A stretch of DNA of 64,000 nt from Amoebophrya sp. A120. Its lineage: Eukaryota; Protista; Dinoflagellata. The DNA lies in NCBI GenBank assembly GCA_905178155.1, contig CAJINV010000001.1:16306142-16370141 (forward strand), read 5' to 3'. How positions within the stretch are numbered: the first letter of the stretch is position 1; every line of letters starts with the position of its first letter. The notes beneath the pieces are model-generated. The model saw only the letters and a program-made list of their open reading frames with translations. It was not told the origin of the DNA and did no database searches. The position numbers were made by a program, and so were the translations under genes. Shown here piece after piece: positions 22,392-36,099 of the stretch.

Positions 22392-23597
22392 ATCTTCGCC
22401 AGCAGCACAAGCTTCAGGGCCATAGCCTTTTTTGAGATCGCCGTGCAGTCCGTTTCCCTGGTGGAAAGCCGCGCCGCCGAGGTGCACAAGTACAGCAGGA
22501 CGCGTCCTACACCTTGAGAGCAGCCTCCAAGACCGAACTTACTGCGCTTCAAAAGCAAGCGAGGAAGCTGCTGCTGCACGTACAGGACGTCGAGAAGGAC
22601 CAGGAACAGAACCACGCGAAGTCCTCGTGTGTAGTTCTGTGGAGTAACTAGTAGACAAAAGCGAAGTAGTAGCTTGTGCCACCTCGTGTCTTTATCAAGT
22701 TCATATTCCAAGTCAGTAGGGTGTCGCGGATTTCGACTTCTAAAAACACCTGTCAATACAACTAGACCTTGTTGCAGCAGATCCATCGATCTTGCCGCGG
22801 ACTTCCGGAGCTACTTCTTCCACAGTCGAAGTAACTTTACCCAAGCCGCTCACGACCGGAAGCAAATTTCTTTTTCACTGGACGAAAGACTTCTTCGCAA
22901 CTTACGCTGTTTTTACGGATACAAAGAAAGTGAACAACGCAGAAGTTAGCTTTACTGCCTAAGTACTAGTACCGGTGATTTTCGCAGTGGAGGCTCCACC
23001 AGTCCTCGCACAGCGTGATCGTCGGAGGTGGACCATTTTTACAGTGCTGGAAAACTACTTCTACAGCAGTATCAGTAAATCATCCCTATCGTCCAAGATC
23101 GGATTCGATCCAGCCGGACCGAGAGGGGGCGCGCCTTTCGAACAGGCCGATCGCGGAAATAAACCGAAGGCCTTTTCCTCGGAAAGAAGTCTGATCAGCT
23201 CGTGAAGAACAGGGATTGTGCTCTCCTGTGTCATCAAGTTCCTACTCTAGCAATCGTTCTGTTGCAGTTTTCCATGCAGTTTCTGCATTGAAAACTGTGT
23301 CTTCTTCGTCGTCTGTTATCCGAGTATTAGGACACAGTCGGAGCAGCTGGACCACTCTACTCTCGACCAGGAACTACCGGGACTCGGGACCTGTTGTTTG
23401 AGTGTGTGCCGCACATTCGCACCGACATCCACAGTACCTACGACGAGATTGTGCAACATCATCATCTAGTTCCACGCCGCTACGCGACCAGAAACCGACT
23501 TGGCGAACCGCTCATTACGCTCAACACGACCGATTTGCAGCTCTACGACAATTACCTCGACGGAGGCACCTTCTTGCACTACTTTTCCAGGAAATAA
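22392..23597 (+). CDS. FIBP (acidic FGF intracellular-binding protein)-like, N-terminal-region homolog; 5' exon not resolved
   Basis: Exons 22392-22489, 22781-22830, 22988-23068 and 23338-23597 are joined by phase-consistent GT-AG introns. VLAQRDRRRWTIFTVLE, LLFECVP and RNRLGEPL...DL resemble FIBP VLQSDTMDHYRTFHMLE, LIFQIPP and REVLGKKL...DL (recalled). Confidence 0.45.
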
Positions 23598-23773
23598 ATC
23601 GACTGCAGTTTTTACCATTCGCTTTCATCTAACACCCCAAGATTAAGCTTCTTTTCCCACTACACGAGAGCCTCCACATCCTTCGCCTGGCGACTTACGC
23701 GTATGTATTTGGTATTTCCCACTTTTTGTGCTAAAAGCCCGATCTACGAGGATCAAGCTGTGAGAACCGGTGC

Positions 23774-26700
23774 ATGAGCCCACCCGCTTCCGTGTCTCCC
23801 CTTGGTGACCAGCACGAAGACGGCACGACTGCGGGCAAGGTTCAAATTTCCTCTTCTCTCCAAAACAAGATGACAGCTTTCGTTCCAGCAACGGCAAGCG
23901 CGCCCTCACCAGGTAATTGTTTTTTCATTTTGATCTTCTGCCGCTACATTCTTGTCATTCTTCTTCTTTGTTTCACAGCAACTTTCAATGAAAACACTGC
24001 TCTGTCTGCGATGTTGCAGTGACGAAGTGCAAATATCTACTCAAGAGACTTCTGACGCAAGACACCTGTAGTTCTGCATCAAACCTGTATAATATTGAAA
24101 AATCATTGCATCAAACCACAGGCGCGTTTGGCATGGCGGCAGGGGGCGCGACGAGCTTCGCCCCGGGCATCCAGCAAGCACCCTACCAGACCATGCAAAC
24201 GTACATGGTCCGTGCGAAGATGGAATTCCAGCGGCGGGGCGTAACCGACGTGAATCTTGATCAGTATCTCAACAATTTGCAGTGGGCGTTTGGCGCCGAA
24301 ATCTTCAAGCGCGACTGGCAGCTCGTTGACCTTCCGACCGAGGACCAAGTCCGCAGGAACGAGCCGGTCAAGCTGCAGGATTCCAGTCTGCTGATCCCCC
24401 CGTGTCCCGCAGCACAGCCGAAAGCGGCCGGGCGGGCGCTGGGGGCGCAACAGGTGCCGAACGCCGCCAGCGCCGCGTCCACGAATGGTGCGGATACTGC
24501 CACGCCCACAGGCGCCAGCAGCACGGCCACGGGGCCGGATGGCGACCAAGCGGGCAGCAGCGGTGACTCTGGCAATGTAACAAACGTAGGCATGAATCAG
24601 GTACCCCCACCGCCACCGCCACCACCACCAGCAAATGGCGCCACGCCGTCTGCTTCACCTCCGCAACCGCAGGCATCTAATCCCCTTATGAACAGCCTGG
24701 CTGGTGCGCCCGCGACAGCACTGACGCCACAACAAATGATGCTGGTGTACCAGCAGCAGATGATGGCTTTGCGGCAACGAGAGATGCAGATTATGCAGCA
24801 GAACGCCATGAATCCAGCCATGATGAGCTCTATGATGATGAACTCCCAAATGGGCGTTGCATCCGGCGGCTACAATAATAACATGTGGGGTGGCCAGCAG
24901 CGTGCTGGGCCGTACTCTAACAACTACGGCGGCAACAACGCCATGACCGCAAAAGCAGCTGCTATGGGCGGCGCCGGGGCCTTCAATCTAAAGGCGCTTC
25001 CTGGAGGTGCGCAATCAAAGACCGGCATCACCAGTCGTGTGGTGCCTGCTTCGCAATTTCCGCTCCGACCGGTGCTTCCAAAGGCCGGCATGACCGCAAA
25101 TTCGAGCATGGGCGGCTTTTCCGGGGGAATGCGGTTCGGAAAAGCAGGTGCGCCCGTGCTACCAGTGAGCACGGGCAAAGCCGCCGGCATGATTCTGAAC
25201 CCGATGCTGAAACACAGCAGCCGCACGCACTCTTCCGACAGTCGCGGGGGGCGATCACGATCGCGAAGCCGTAGCCGCGGTCGCGGCAGAGGACGGGGCC
25301 GCCGCTACTCATCGCGCGACCGCGACGGGCGCGGCAGGGGCAATAACAAGAAGCCGGGCTCCCAGCCCAGCAACCGTGGCAGCGAGGAGTGGCGACAGTG
25401 GGTCAAAGACGAATTCAAGGGACTGATGTGGGAAAAAGGGGGTCCCAGTGCCGCAAACGTCTCCTCCGACGTCATTCAGCACTTTCAGAAAACTCACGGC
25501 GTCAATGCGAAGCTCGTCAAAGACGTACTCGGCGTCCCGCCGGGCAAGTACGTGGGGCAGCTGAAGCTGCAGGCTCTGGGCAAGCGCAACCTGATCGACG
25601 GCTCGCTCACCGTCGACGAAGTCATGGAAGGCGCCGCGGCAAACAGTTACAACAACGGCAATAGCTACAACTCCAACAGTAACATCTGGGGTTGGGACGA
25701 TCCCGCCGCGGCCCGGCGCAAGAAAGAGCGGGAGGACCGGTTCAAGGGATCCTCCACCTCAAACGCCGCTAGCATTTTGAAGGAGTTCGAGTTGAACTGG
25801 GACGACGATGACATGCCCTTGCGGCTGCAGTTAGACGACGAGAAGCCGCTTCTCGGCGAGCTCGACGCGCTGTGCAGCGAGAAGGAAATTCTGGACCGCG
25901 AGACGACACGGCAGCTGGACCGGTTCGAGGTCAAACCTACCAGACGCGCGTCCGCGGGGGGAACCAGCACACTGCTGTCGCCACCCGCCGCAGCCAATGG
26001 CGACAAGGCGCCGGTGGCGGATCGGTCGTTGTGCGTGAAAAAGTACCAGCGCTCGTCGGCAGACAAGCAATACTCGCCCAAGGACATCCGCACGCTGGCT
26101 GCCTGCTTTCGCAGCGTCGAGTACCTGTTCAAAGAGGTCATCGATCTGGACACCAGAACGAGGCCGACAAAATTCGTCTTCACAGAGCTGGTACACTTTC
26201 TCAAAATTGAAGTCATTTTGATGTGTATCAACGACTAGCACGATTTTTGCATGGGTTTGTTCTCTTGCTAGATCAGTACTAGTGCGATCATTTTCTTCAT
26301 CTTGTAGCAAATGCAATAAAGTCTTGCTCAATAGTAGACCGCGAACCGCGGTCGATTCCTGTTCCAGACCGCTACATAACCTTCACCACCAAAAAAACTG
26401 CCAGGTTCCCTACATCCAAATCTACTCCTTCATTCGCGACCGCATCCGCGCCGTGCGGGTGGATCTGCATGTCCAGCAACCGTTGTCCACCGTGTCCAAG
26501 GAATACATCAAGACACACGAAGCGGCCTTCCGCTTTGAGCTGTTGAGCAACTTCATCATCAAGGCGGACTACGTCGCGAACCTGTTCAGCGACAAGAAGG
26601 GCATGGAGAAGTACGACGAGAAGATGGCGCAGAAGGCCATTTCGCAGACGGTCGAGCCGCTGCTGTTCGCGTACAAGAAGGCCCGCGAGGAAACCGAAGA

Positions 26701-27883
26701 GAACAAGAAAAAAGCGGATGAGAAACTCAAAGGCAAGAACCTCGCGGCCACGACGAAACCGAACACGAAGGAGCAGTATAACAAAGAGGACGATCTGCCC
26801 AAGATCGACCCCTATATCTCGCCGTTCGAAGCCAACATTCGGCGGTACGTGATCTTGATGCAATTGAGCAACAGCGAACAGGTGCAGGGACAATTGCAGC
26901 GGCTGGACCTCGCCGCGATGAGCGACCTCCGCGTCCAGGAGGCGCTCGACCTCTACAAGTGCTACCAGAGCGGGAACTGCGCTGCCTTCTTTGACTTCTA
27001 TCGGACCTGTGATTTTCTGTCCGCAGTGAGCCTCGGAAACTTGGTACGCTCTCTTGATACGTTTTCAAGGAAGACGATTTTCGTGCGACAAGTTTTTTCA
27101 TTCTTGCTTCACTTTTAGATAGAATTCTTTGTCTCAGGATCAGTGCAGCTCGTCAGGTATTGGTAGTCGTCGAGTCTGAATTCTTGCACTATTTTGCAAC
27201 AAAACCGCCAAAAAAATCTTTCTATCACGATCTTCAACCTTCTCCCACCACAGGTCGACGTGATGCGGTATCGCCAGATGGTGTGCCTCGTGAAGAGCAT
27301 CCACCCAACGATGGGCGACCAAGTTCCGCTTGCTGCCATGATGGACACATTGTGTTTCTGCGACCCCTTTCAAGCCACAGAGTTCCTCGAATTCGTCGGG
27401 TGCGTTGTGAAAAACGTGTCCCCCACGTCCCCTCGCCTCGCACAAGCTGCCAAGGCGCTGGGCAAGAGAGCCGCGTCCGTCCCCCAGATGGTGCATCTAC
27501 CGGGCCGGGAGGCGGTGATAAAGCACAAAATGCTGCTGCAGCCTGGCGCTACCCCGGCGCTGCCGGAGGCCTTGCACAAAACCAAGGACGAAATCTTGCA
27601 GGCATTGAAGCCCTACTACAAGCGGGTAGGGGCGCGAGACTCCATGGTCATCGATAAGTACGACCGCTTGATTGCTTCCAACCTAACACGAGCCGACATC
27701 ATCTTCGGCCGCACGGATTTGACAATTGAGGGCAAGCGCCGCGCTAACCGCGAGCGCATGGAGGCACGCGAGCGCGCACTGCTCGAAGAAAAGAGCCAAA
27801 GAAAAAACGGAGAGGCGACCAGCTTTCTTCCTAGTCCCACGCCGGCCTCCTCTTCTTCCCCAGATAGCGACAAGTCCTCTTAA
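23774..27883 (+). CDS. SAC3/GANP family mRNA export factor (4 exons)
   Basis: VKKYQRSSA..DIRT...VEYL and YSFIRDRIRAVRVDLHVQ motifs. GT-AG introns 23913-24121, 26191-26404 and 27044-27253 all keep frame. Start is at 23774 or a later ATG. Confidence 0.85.
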
Positions 27884-27889
27884 TGTTGT

Positions 27890-28263
27890 TCCATAAGAGA
27901 AGCTCTTTCAAAAGAAATGAACCGAGCACGACGGAGACCTCCAGCAGAAGCTTCCAGTGTGCAAGCGTGTTTTTTTAATAGACGAAACGAAGGCGTTCGA
28001 AAGTGGGCGCACCTAGCCACGGTTTTTGTTAATACCACTCCAGTACCTACCAGCCCCGGAGGTTGGGCTCTTGGAGCCAGCAAGACCGCGACAAGTGCTG
28101 AAATTTTCGGACCTTCAAGGAAACGAGTTTCCAGCTGCACGAGACTAAGCATGTCAAGCTTCCACAGGTTGCAGAAGAGCTCTCGCGCAGAGAAAGTTGC
28201 CGTCAAGTGGGCGCGCGCAGGACCGGCCGTGCATTGGTGTACGTAAGTAGTCGTGAAAGCCAT
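27890..28263 (-). pseudogene. decayed non-LTR retrotransposon AP-endonuclease fragment
   Basis: Minus-strand ARELFCNLWKLDMLSLVQLETRF ... GTGVVLTK ... SFRLL ... FISF follows the order of LINE APE motifs (D(I/V)..LQET, GV..L.K, SR, IS.YAP). Confidence 0.45.
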
Positions 28264-31001
28264 CTTCGATCATCGTGTGAACGCGCTTCGCACAGGGACT
28301 ACATTTTTTCAAGGCCTTCAGCCACAATTTCCACGGTTGCGCAACACCTTCGCTTCACCACCGCAAGAACCTTCTGTACTGCCGCTGCAACGAACAAGTA
28401 GACGCACCCTCGCTTGCTTTTGCACAGCCTGCTTTTCAGCCCGACACTGTCTGTCACACTGGTGCCAAAAAAATCTCGTCGCTTGCAATCGAGTGGAACA
28501 CTGCCGCGCATCATCATGCTGTGTAAAAAGATGAAGTATTCAGTGCTGTTTGTGAAGAAGAAAGATCGCTCCCTTCGTGGACGGTGCGACCGCGAACAGG
28601 CACCGTAGTTGGGTACTTGTTTTTCGCGTTTTCCACCTCGCTCGCAGCTTGCGCAACCAGAGTCCCCATGCGGACCGAGTCCAGCAGGGAGAAGTGTACG
28701 ACGGGCGTGCACAAAATCGCAGTAGGTATTGGCTTCGCGTAGTTTCCAGTGACAGGGAGCAGCAGTCGTGCATTCTCTATTTTCCAGCAGTGGTGGTCAT
28801 TCCAACTGCGGGCTGGGCTGTCTGCGGCTCCCGATATGGTCGTCGCGCGCATGCATGGGGCGTGACCCTCCCGGGGGGAAAAAACCGCCTTCCTTGTCCT
28901 TTTCACGTGTCCGTCGTGGGCACCACTAAACCGGCGTGGTCAGCTTCCTCAAATAAAACAGGAACGTATGCATTTTGTGGTCTTCGAATAGGAATGAACG
29001 AGGAGAAAAAAGCGACCGATTGCCACGCAGTCAAGAACACCGGTGAATCTGTTGGAAACGACGGGACAACCATAGGCGGATGACCGCGACGCTCCTGAAC
29101 ATCAAAAAGCAATCGCTAGTGCGAGGTTCATTTCTTGCGCTGCTAGCGTCCCTTGTACTTTTTGCTCATGCCTCTCACTAACCTATGAAAACTATGACTA
29201 ACGGTGCCATATCGGTACAGCACTATCATGGTATATTGGGTTAACCGTAGCCAATGTGTTGTATTCTATTGCCAACACTTTTTCAAGAAGTAAGTTTGTA
29301 AGTAGAAAGTGTACAACAAGGACTACAATACGTCATATGGGGCAAGGCCATGCCAAATTTGCTTCAATGCTTGCACGTGCTTCAGCGCGAGCCAGAGATC
29401 GATACGAATCAAAAGTTGTGAGTTTGCTGCAAACTATGTTTAACATCATCAGATTGAAGCTTAGGCTTAAATTTTTGATATTTGTAGAACTTCTTCTGTC
29501 CATGAGATTCAAGTTTGCCACTTCTCACATTTTCGTTTGTATCCGCCTCGCTTCATCGACGACCTCACAGTAGCGGTAGGGGTAGCTATAGCTTCTTTAG
29601 TTAGGCGTCAAAGTACTTAGATTAAAGCTTCTGCGCTACCTCGGGCGGGTCGCCACAGCTGTTCCGACGCGCGAGCTGTACATTCCGGGAGTGTTAAGCA
29701 GCGTTGTGTTTAGTACTCAACGGGGAACCGCAACCTCCAGCACCTGCATCGGCAAGCCTGGCATCGAGATCACTGCGAGTACGCGGGCGCCGCCGTCGCC
29801 AACCGACCGAACGCCGTAGTCGGCCCACCACGAGGAACGACCGGAAAAGATTTGCATTGCGAACAAGTCAAGGATTTGGGACCACCATCCTCAGCATGAA
29901 TCTGCATGAGATTCCGAGACGGCTTCGCCTGGCGTGGCTGTTCCGGGAAGAGGCCACCGCCGTTTGCCGACCTAGTTGCGACCGTACGACACCGGTAGCG
30001 GACCAAAGGCGTTCAAGTCTGGGAGTAATATTCGCTCGGGAAAACATGCCGAGCTGCGCTCCTTCAAGCGACATCTTCACCCGAAGAAAATCTGAGCCAC
30101 AAGTTGCAATGGCAAAGCGACAGAAACTACCCTGCAAAGAGCGCAAAGCGCGTGGCTTCTATTCAGACCTCCAGCGAACCAATGCAAGCACCTTCTTTTG
30201 TATTGAGAAAAGAAACATTCGCCGATAGGCAAAACTGCTCAGCCCTGTAATAGAGGGCGAGAATGGGTCACCTTTTCACTCTCCGTGTTCGAAGTTGCTC
30301 ATCCAAGTCACGAACTTCGACGGCACTAGCACACGTGTAGTTGCCTCTTCCAGGAGTCGTGAGCGATGTGATAGATAGTTTCCTGATGTAATCCTCGTCA
30401 ACATCCGGGAGCTGAAAGTGAAACAGCATCAGCAACGTTCAGTAATGTACTTGTTGCTTTCCTGGTGCTGGTTCTACCTCTACGAACTACCAGTCTAAAA
30501 AGAGGTGTTGATCTTCCCAGTTTTGTCTCCTGGCTCGAAGGTCCTCCTGCTAGATGGGTAATATTCTCTTTGTTTGCATCTCTTTATAACAGCGGTGGCG
30601 ATGTGTTCTTGGCGATCATCCATCATACGACAGATTGATTCTTCAGGAAGAAGTACTTAAGTGCTTAGGTTTCTATCGAGAAGTTAGCGTATCTAGCACG
30701 TTGATCATCATCTTCATGTACATAAAGCGGCCTTATCTAGGTGTCACGTGGTCCCTAGATCCTTGACTGAGTCGAAGCGGTACCATGTATTCTTTGCGGT
30801 GTTTATTTCTGCAGAATATCATCTTTAGTATGTGTGATGAAACTGTATTGCAGATACAACTGCGGACGATTGGATTCTGCTACCAATCACTCTGCAGAGA
30901 CGTTGTGGTGTTTTAGTTCGCGATGGTAAAACATGATAGTACTACTTTGAAACCTGCTACCTTGAGCCTTGTCTTCGCTCTGATCCTGTGAAAGGCCAAA
31001 A

Positions 31002-32553
31002 ATGACAAATGCTACGGCGGACCTGACCTTGTACGACATTCTGGAGGTGCACCATGATGCAGACACGAAAACCATCACGCAACAGCACCGAAAGCAGGCT
31101 CTCCGGTGGCACCCGGACAAGCACCGAAAAGAAGACCGAACCACAGCCCAAAAACGCTTTCTCCGCATCCAGGAGGCCTATGAGGTAAGTACATAAGTAC
31201 ATGTCGCAAGAAAAAACTTGCGTCTCTAGCGACGTGATGTACGATTTCCAAGCTAAGTCTGAGTACTGTACTTTTTCTGTTGATGAAGGGAATGCATGCG
31301 CAGTTGGACGATGAGGGAAGATGCAATTTCATTATCAGGTGCTGACAAGCGACCGCCTGCGGCACCTGTATGATTCTTTTCTGGATGCGCGCTGGAGTGG
31401 CGAGGTCCCCGCCGAAATGACCTGGGGTGAATTCCGGGAGCGGACCGAAGGCAGCACGGATTTGGCCACCGGCGAGTCGGTCGCGGAGCAGCTGGTGCGC
31501 ACTAAAAAGGAGCGGGACGAGCGCACCGCGGCGCCCTCGCTGGACGACTTGCGCCTGCTCGGCTACGCGACGGGTGGGTTTCTGCTGGGCAGCTATTTGG
31601 TGTACAAACTCTTCCTGGAAGAGGCGTACTGGCTCGCATCCGCCAACTTCTGGCAGAGCCTGGAGTGGGCCGAGGTGACGCTGCCCTTGTCCTTCGACCT
31701 GGGTAACATGATGGCTATGCGGCGCATCTCGGCGCAGTTGTCAGCCTTGGTGAAGTACTCCTCCACGCTCGGGGGCAACGCGGACGCGACCAACGTTCTG
31801 TTCGGGAACCTGGTGCCGCAGGACATGATCGGTCGCCTGCACGAAACCGCCACGGCTCTGCACCAGCGGTCGTCGAGAATAAACGCAAACGCGGCTTCCG
31901 CAGCGCCGTTGGTGTTCGCCGCGACAACCGCAGACACAACAGCCAGCGACGGCAGTTACAACAGCATTCTCGCGCAGGCCGGCTCCACCCCGGCGCTCAC
32001 CGTGGATCTGCTGGCCCTCGGCAAGAAACTGTACTTGCCCTACCTGGGGCCTTTTCAGTCCTGGCTCCGGACTCAGGTCACTTTCGCCAATCGCGTCCTG
32101 GTCAAGAATTTCAGCACGCTTGAAGGCTATCTCTGGATGGACTAGTAAGGACGCACTGCCGGCCGCTGTAGAATTGTCAGGTCCGCGGGTGTAGGTACGC
32201 CGGTGCGACGAGAGAGACTGTTGTTCCCCCGGCGAGAGTAGCACGGCGACAAAACACCCAGTCTGGTACCCGAAAGTCAGTCAAGAGGCGGCTATACACG
32301 CGAGTGCAGGAGGCTAGAAACACGGCTGTGCGGCTTTGTCAAGCAGAAAGGGCTTGTACGTGACCGAGTCGACCCGTTTCCACGACGACGCTCGAGGCCG
32401 CAGGGCTCATTTGTCCTTCCTCTCACCGAAAAGAAGAACGTCAAAGTGCTGGGGAGAGAAATACTGCGGAGCAGCTCGCAAGTCCACGTGGCATTACGCA
32501 GCGCAGATGAGCGGAGGAGCAGTGTCGGACTTGAAGGACCACCCGCACCATGA
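31002..32553 (+). CDS. DnaJ (J-domain) membrane protein (3 exons)
   Basis: LYDILEV, WHPDK and IQEAYE/VL. Intron 31185-31338. The apparent TAG at 32143 is split by a GTAAG donor (32145) with acceptor 32261, extending the frame to TGA 32553. Confidence 0.85.
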
Positions 32554-33085
32554 AGCAACACCGAGCCACTGTACGATGATAGGCGACGACGAGAATTGTT
32601 GTCTGTACGACAATCAGAAAGCCGACCACAAGCTAATTTTATCGAGAGCGACAGTGCCTCCGAAATGGTTGAAAAATCATCTTTCAAATTTCGACCGAAA
32701 TCTAGCGAAAGCGATTTGATTCTGAGAGCCAAAATCCTTGGTAGCTCAGCCTGCTCCGGCAACCAAAAGAATGGCAGTTTTTCAAGTATCCGAAAAAAGA
32801 AGCCCCCGTATGCCGACCTCCTTTGGCGCGATCACCGAGTGTTTTATTCTCATTCCGAACTTATGACGACTTTTTTGACCAGGACTTCTAAAAAAACCAC
32901 TACGTACCACTTGTTGGCTTTACTGGCGTATGAAAGGTGCTTCATGACGCGTCTCGTGGCAAAACCAAAACCCGATGTTGAGAGGCACGGCATGTTTCAA
33001 TCCTGCAGAAAAGGCAAGAACTACCCAGGCTTACTATTAAGTACTCTAGCTTCGACGACGAGCATCTGAAACCTTAAAGTACACC

Positions 33086-34970
33086 ATGGCGGAAGAGGTT
33101 AGCTCGGAGTTTGAATGTGCGTTATGCCTTCGCCTGCTACTTGAGCCCGTCAGCGTCTCATGCGGCCACACGTTTTGCAGGTATTTTCACTTTGTCTAAA
33201 CACGCTTGATCGACTTGCGGCGAGTACCCTTTTCGCACTCTTCATTGCCCCTCTTTACATCAGGCGAACACTTGCTCTTGGGAAATGATGCCAATTCGAG
33301 TTCGCGAAAAGTACCTCGGACAACACGTTTTCCTTACAGAACGTGAACCAAAACTGCTAAAACAGGTCCTGCATCGAGGCTAGTCTGGACCACCGTGCCG
33401 CCTGTCCGCTATGTCGGCAGCCCATCATCGCAGGCCGAAGCGTGAACGTCCTGATTCAAAATTTGATTCAGCAGCGGTACCCCCAGACTCTCCGGGCGCG
33501 CCAAGAGGAGCAGCTGGAGGAGATTCGGGATGATGAGCAGCAGCGCGCGGGGGCGAACACTACCGCTATCTCGCCGGACAGAGATGCGGCGGGGGCCACA
33601 GAGCGGCGGAACGTGCCGATGTTCGCGAGCTCCAGATTATACCAGACCAACGAGCTTCTATTCCCGGGGGCCGAGATGCTCTTCAAGGCAACGGAGATGC
33701 AGGACGAGCATATCCTGGATCATCTACTTGCCACCTCGCGGGAGTTTGTGATGCAGTACGAAGCATCTGCTGGTGCTGGCAGTGGCGACGATGAAGCGAG
33801 AAATGGTGGCGCATCGAACGCAGCCGGAACTGCCAATACAGCAAATTCCTCCACAACTGGCAATTCCGTAGGCTATCTCTTCCAGGTGGAGTCCGCGGAG
33901 CGGGATCCGCAGGACGAAACGCGGATGGTGCAGTGCCGGTGCAAGGAGCGGGTGTGGGTGCGAGGGATGAGATTCACGACGCGGCCGGAAACCGGGACCG
34001 GCATGCGTATCTGCGACATCGTGCCGATGAAAGACGGAGCGATAGACGTAGCCGAGCTCGTGCTGCCGACCGCCTACCAGCCACTGCGCTTAGATCCTAT
34101 GACGGGCAAGCGGTTGGGTAGCACGAGCAGCACGCCTCCACAGCAAGAGGACGCACCACCTGTAGAAGCGCAAGCGGGCACGCAGCCTGCATCACCCGTA
34201 AACGCTGAGGGGCCACCAGACGAAGCCAATGGGGGTATCGAGCTCACTCCTGTCCTAAACCCAGCAACGCGACCTATTGTCGCTCCACCTGACGTGCGTT
34301 CACGGAACCTAGCGTCCATTGCGGATGAGTGTGTCATTTACCTGAACTTTCACCTGGAACGACTGGGGCCGCACGCCCGGCAGCGCTTCATTCGCCACCA
34401 CGGGCCGGTGCCAATGCGAGTTGCGCGGTCGGTCATGCAATTGCGCGACATCGAGCAACTTTCGTGGTATCTTTGCCGAGTGCTGGTCGCGACAGACGAC
34501 CGGAAAACGGAGTGGTATTTTCTACGCTACTTTCATCATGTCTCCTCCTGCTCAGTTTCGCGGGCAGTATCCCTTGTAGACTAGAGGACGGTCTGGAGTT
34601 GCCGTTTTATGGTTCATTCCGCTGCGTGTGCGTACTGCATGAATTCGTTCCACCATGTTCTACATAGGTGCACGTCCAGTGGAATTTTCACTATCCGAAA
34701 AATTAAAATTTGCATCTTCCAAGGTTCAAGTCGACGGATTTGAAGCTCCGTCTGTGCGATTGCTTGCAGGTGTTCCGGGAGTGTGGAAAGCCCGGGGCAT
34801 GCCTCCAGATGCCAGGCTCGGCGGCCTGGATGAAGCTTGGCTCTCACTATTCGTCCCTTCTGCTGCTGGTGATTGTTCTCCTTCTTCTCTATCTCAAAGG
34901 GAGCGGCCACCTGGACGCGCTTGAGCGGTCGCGGGGGCGCGGAAAATACGTAATCGACTTCGATTCGTAG
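33086..34970 (+). CDS. LON peptidase N-terminal domain and RING finger protein (LONRF-like), tail-anchored
   Basis: C3HC4 RING CALC...CGHTFC/RSC...CPLC spans intron 33181-33365. LON-N-like LLFPG and LSWY motifs. Intron 34515-34723. C-terminal hydrophobic LLLLVIVLLLLYL. Confidence 0.85.
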
Positions 34971-35019
34971 GCGACATCGCAAATTATCCGCACTGGCTCT
35001 GGGACACAGTCAGTTGGTC

Positions 35020-35590
35020 AGGATTGGAGGGTGGAACTCCTCTGTATCAGTTGGTCGCCCACAGCAGGCGCAGGGCAGCGCTCGTCCAGCATTATGACCA
35101 GCAAGGGAAGCGCCCTTCGCCAAACACGAGAGTCCAACACCCGGGAGCAGGATCCAATGGTGTCGCGATGAGAAGGAAACACCCAGCAAAAGGGGTAAAA
35201 CCGCTGCCGTGGCGACCCGGCGGAGAATCTTTCGGCAGGCAGATATGGGCAGCGTCGCAGGGCCAAAGAGCCGGCCTTCCCACACAACGGAAGAGAAAGC
35301 ACGTGGGGTCTGGAGTGCATGGAGTTTCTCTGCCAGGCAGATACAGCTGGCAGACAAAGACGCGATAAAAACACTGGAGTGCAAGACGCAAACTCGCAAA
35401 ACTGCTCCGCTAGGCACGAGCGCATGAGGCTCATCCATGAGCGGATCGACCAGAAATGGAGAAAATTCTTTATCGATTCCAAGAAGGTGGAACGTAATTT
35501 ACATGAAACTGGTGGCCTGCTAGCAGCTCGCCTCAGTGAAGGGGCGGTGAAACCATTTCTAGGAGTAGTTGTACGCGTGGCAACTTAAGT
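35020..35590 (+). pseudogene. possible decayed non-LTR RT thumb-region fragment
   Basis: Frameshifted pieces TRRRIFRQADMGS and WGLE/AWSFSARQIQLAD resemble the RTE-type post-RT motifs K.R.Y...V.S and YG.E.W.L.....L. Weak. Confidence 0.3.
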
Positions 35591-36099
35591 CGGTCAAGCA
35601 TCAGTTCTCTCCGCAACACGCGTGATCCGCTGCTGTGGTCATGTGCATCAGGATTTTCTAAATTTGGATCCGTGCTCTAGTCGATTATGTCCATTGCCGT
35701 TCCGATGAGGATCATGAAGGAACATACCGAGAACGAGATCAGGATCACATCGTCAACTACAGAGCAGTACGAAACCGCAATGAAAGCAAGATCGAAAGCT
35801 AGAAAAGAACTGCAACATGCGACCACAAAAGATCTCGGCCGGGAATCGAAACGAAATCGCAAATGTTCAAATTTAGATCCTTCAAAAGCTCTCTTAAATG
35901 ATTCACGCTCTGGTTTATTCCGCGACTACCGCCGAAAAACAATAAATGCGAAAAACAAGAAAGTAAACCTAAATTTCAATCACTAAAACTGTTTTCCTGT
36001 CTCTCACACCGAAACCTCTCTTCTTTATCTAAACTTTCGCACCAGGGAATCGATCGCGCTTTACGAGCTTAAAGCAACGATACAACTACATCACACAAA

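Noticed and set aside
22499-22780. Non-canonical GA-AG intron / introner with CAGCAG direct repeats
   Set aside because: A canonical GT donor at 22490 has the same phase and explains the junction.
32143-32145. Stop-codon readthrough or alternative genetic code in the DnaJ gene
   Set aside because: The TAG overlaps a GTAAG splice donor, and splicing to 32262 gives TAT (Tyr).
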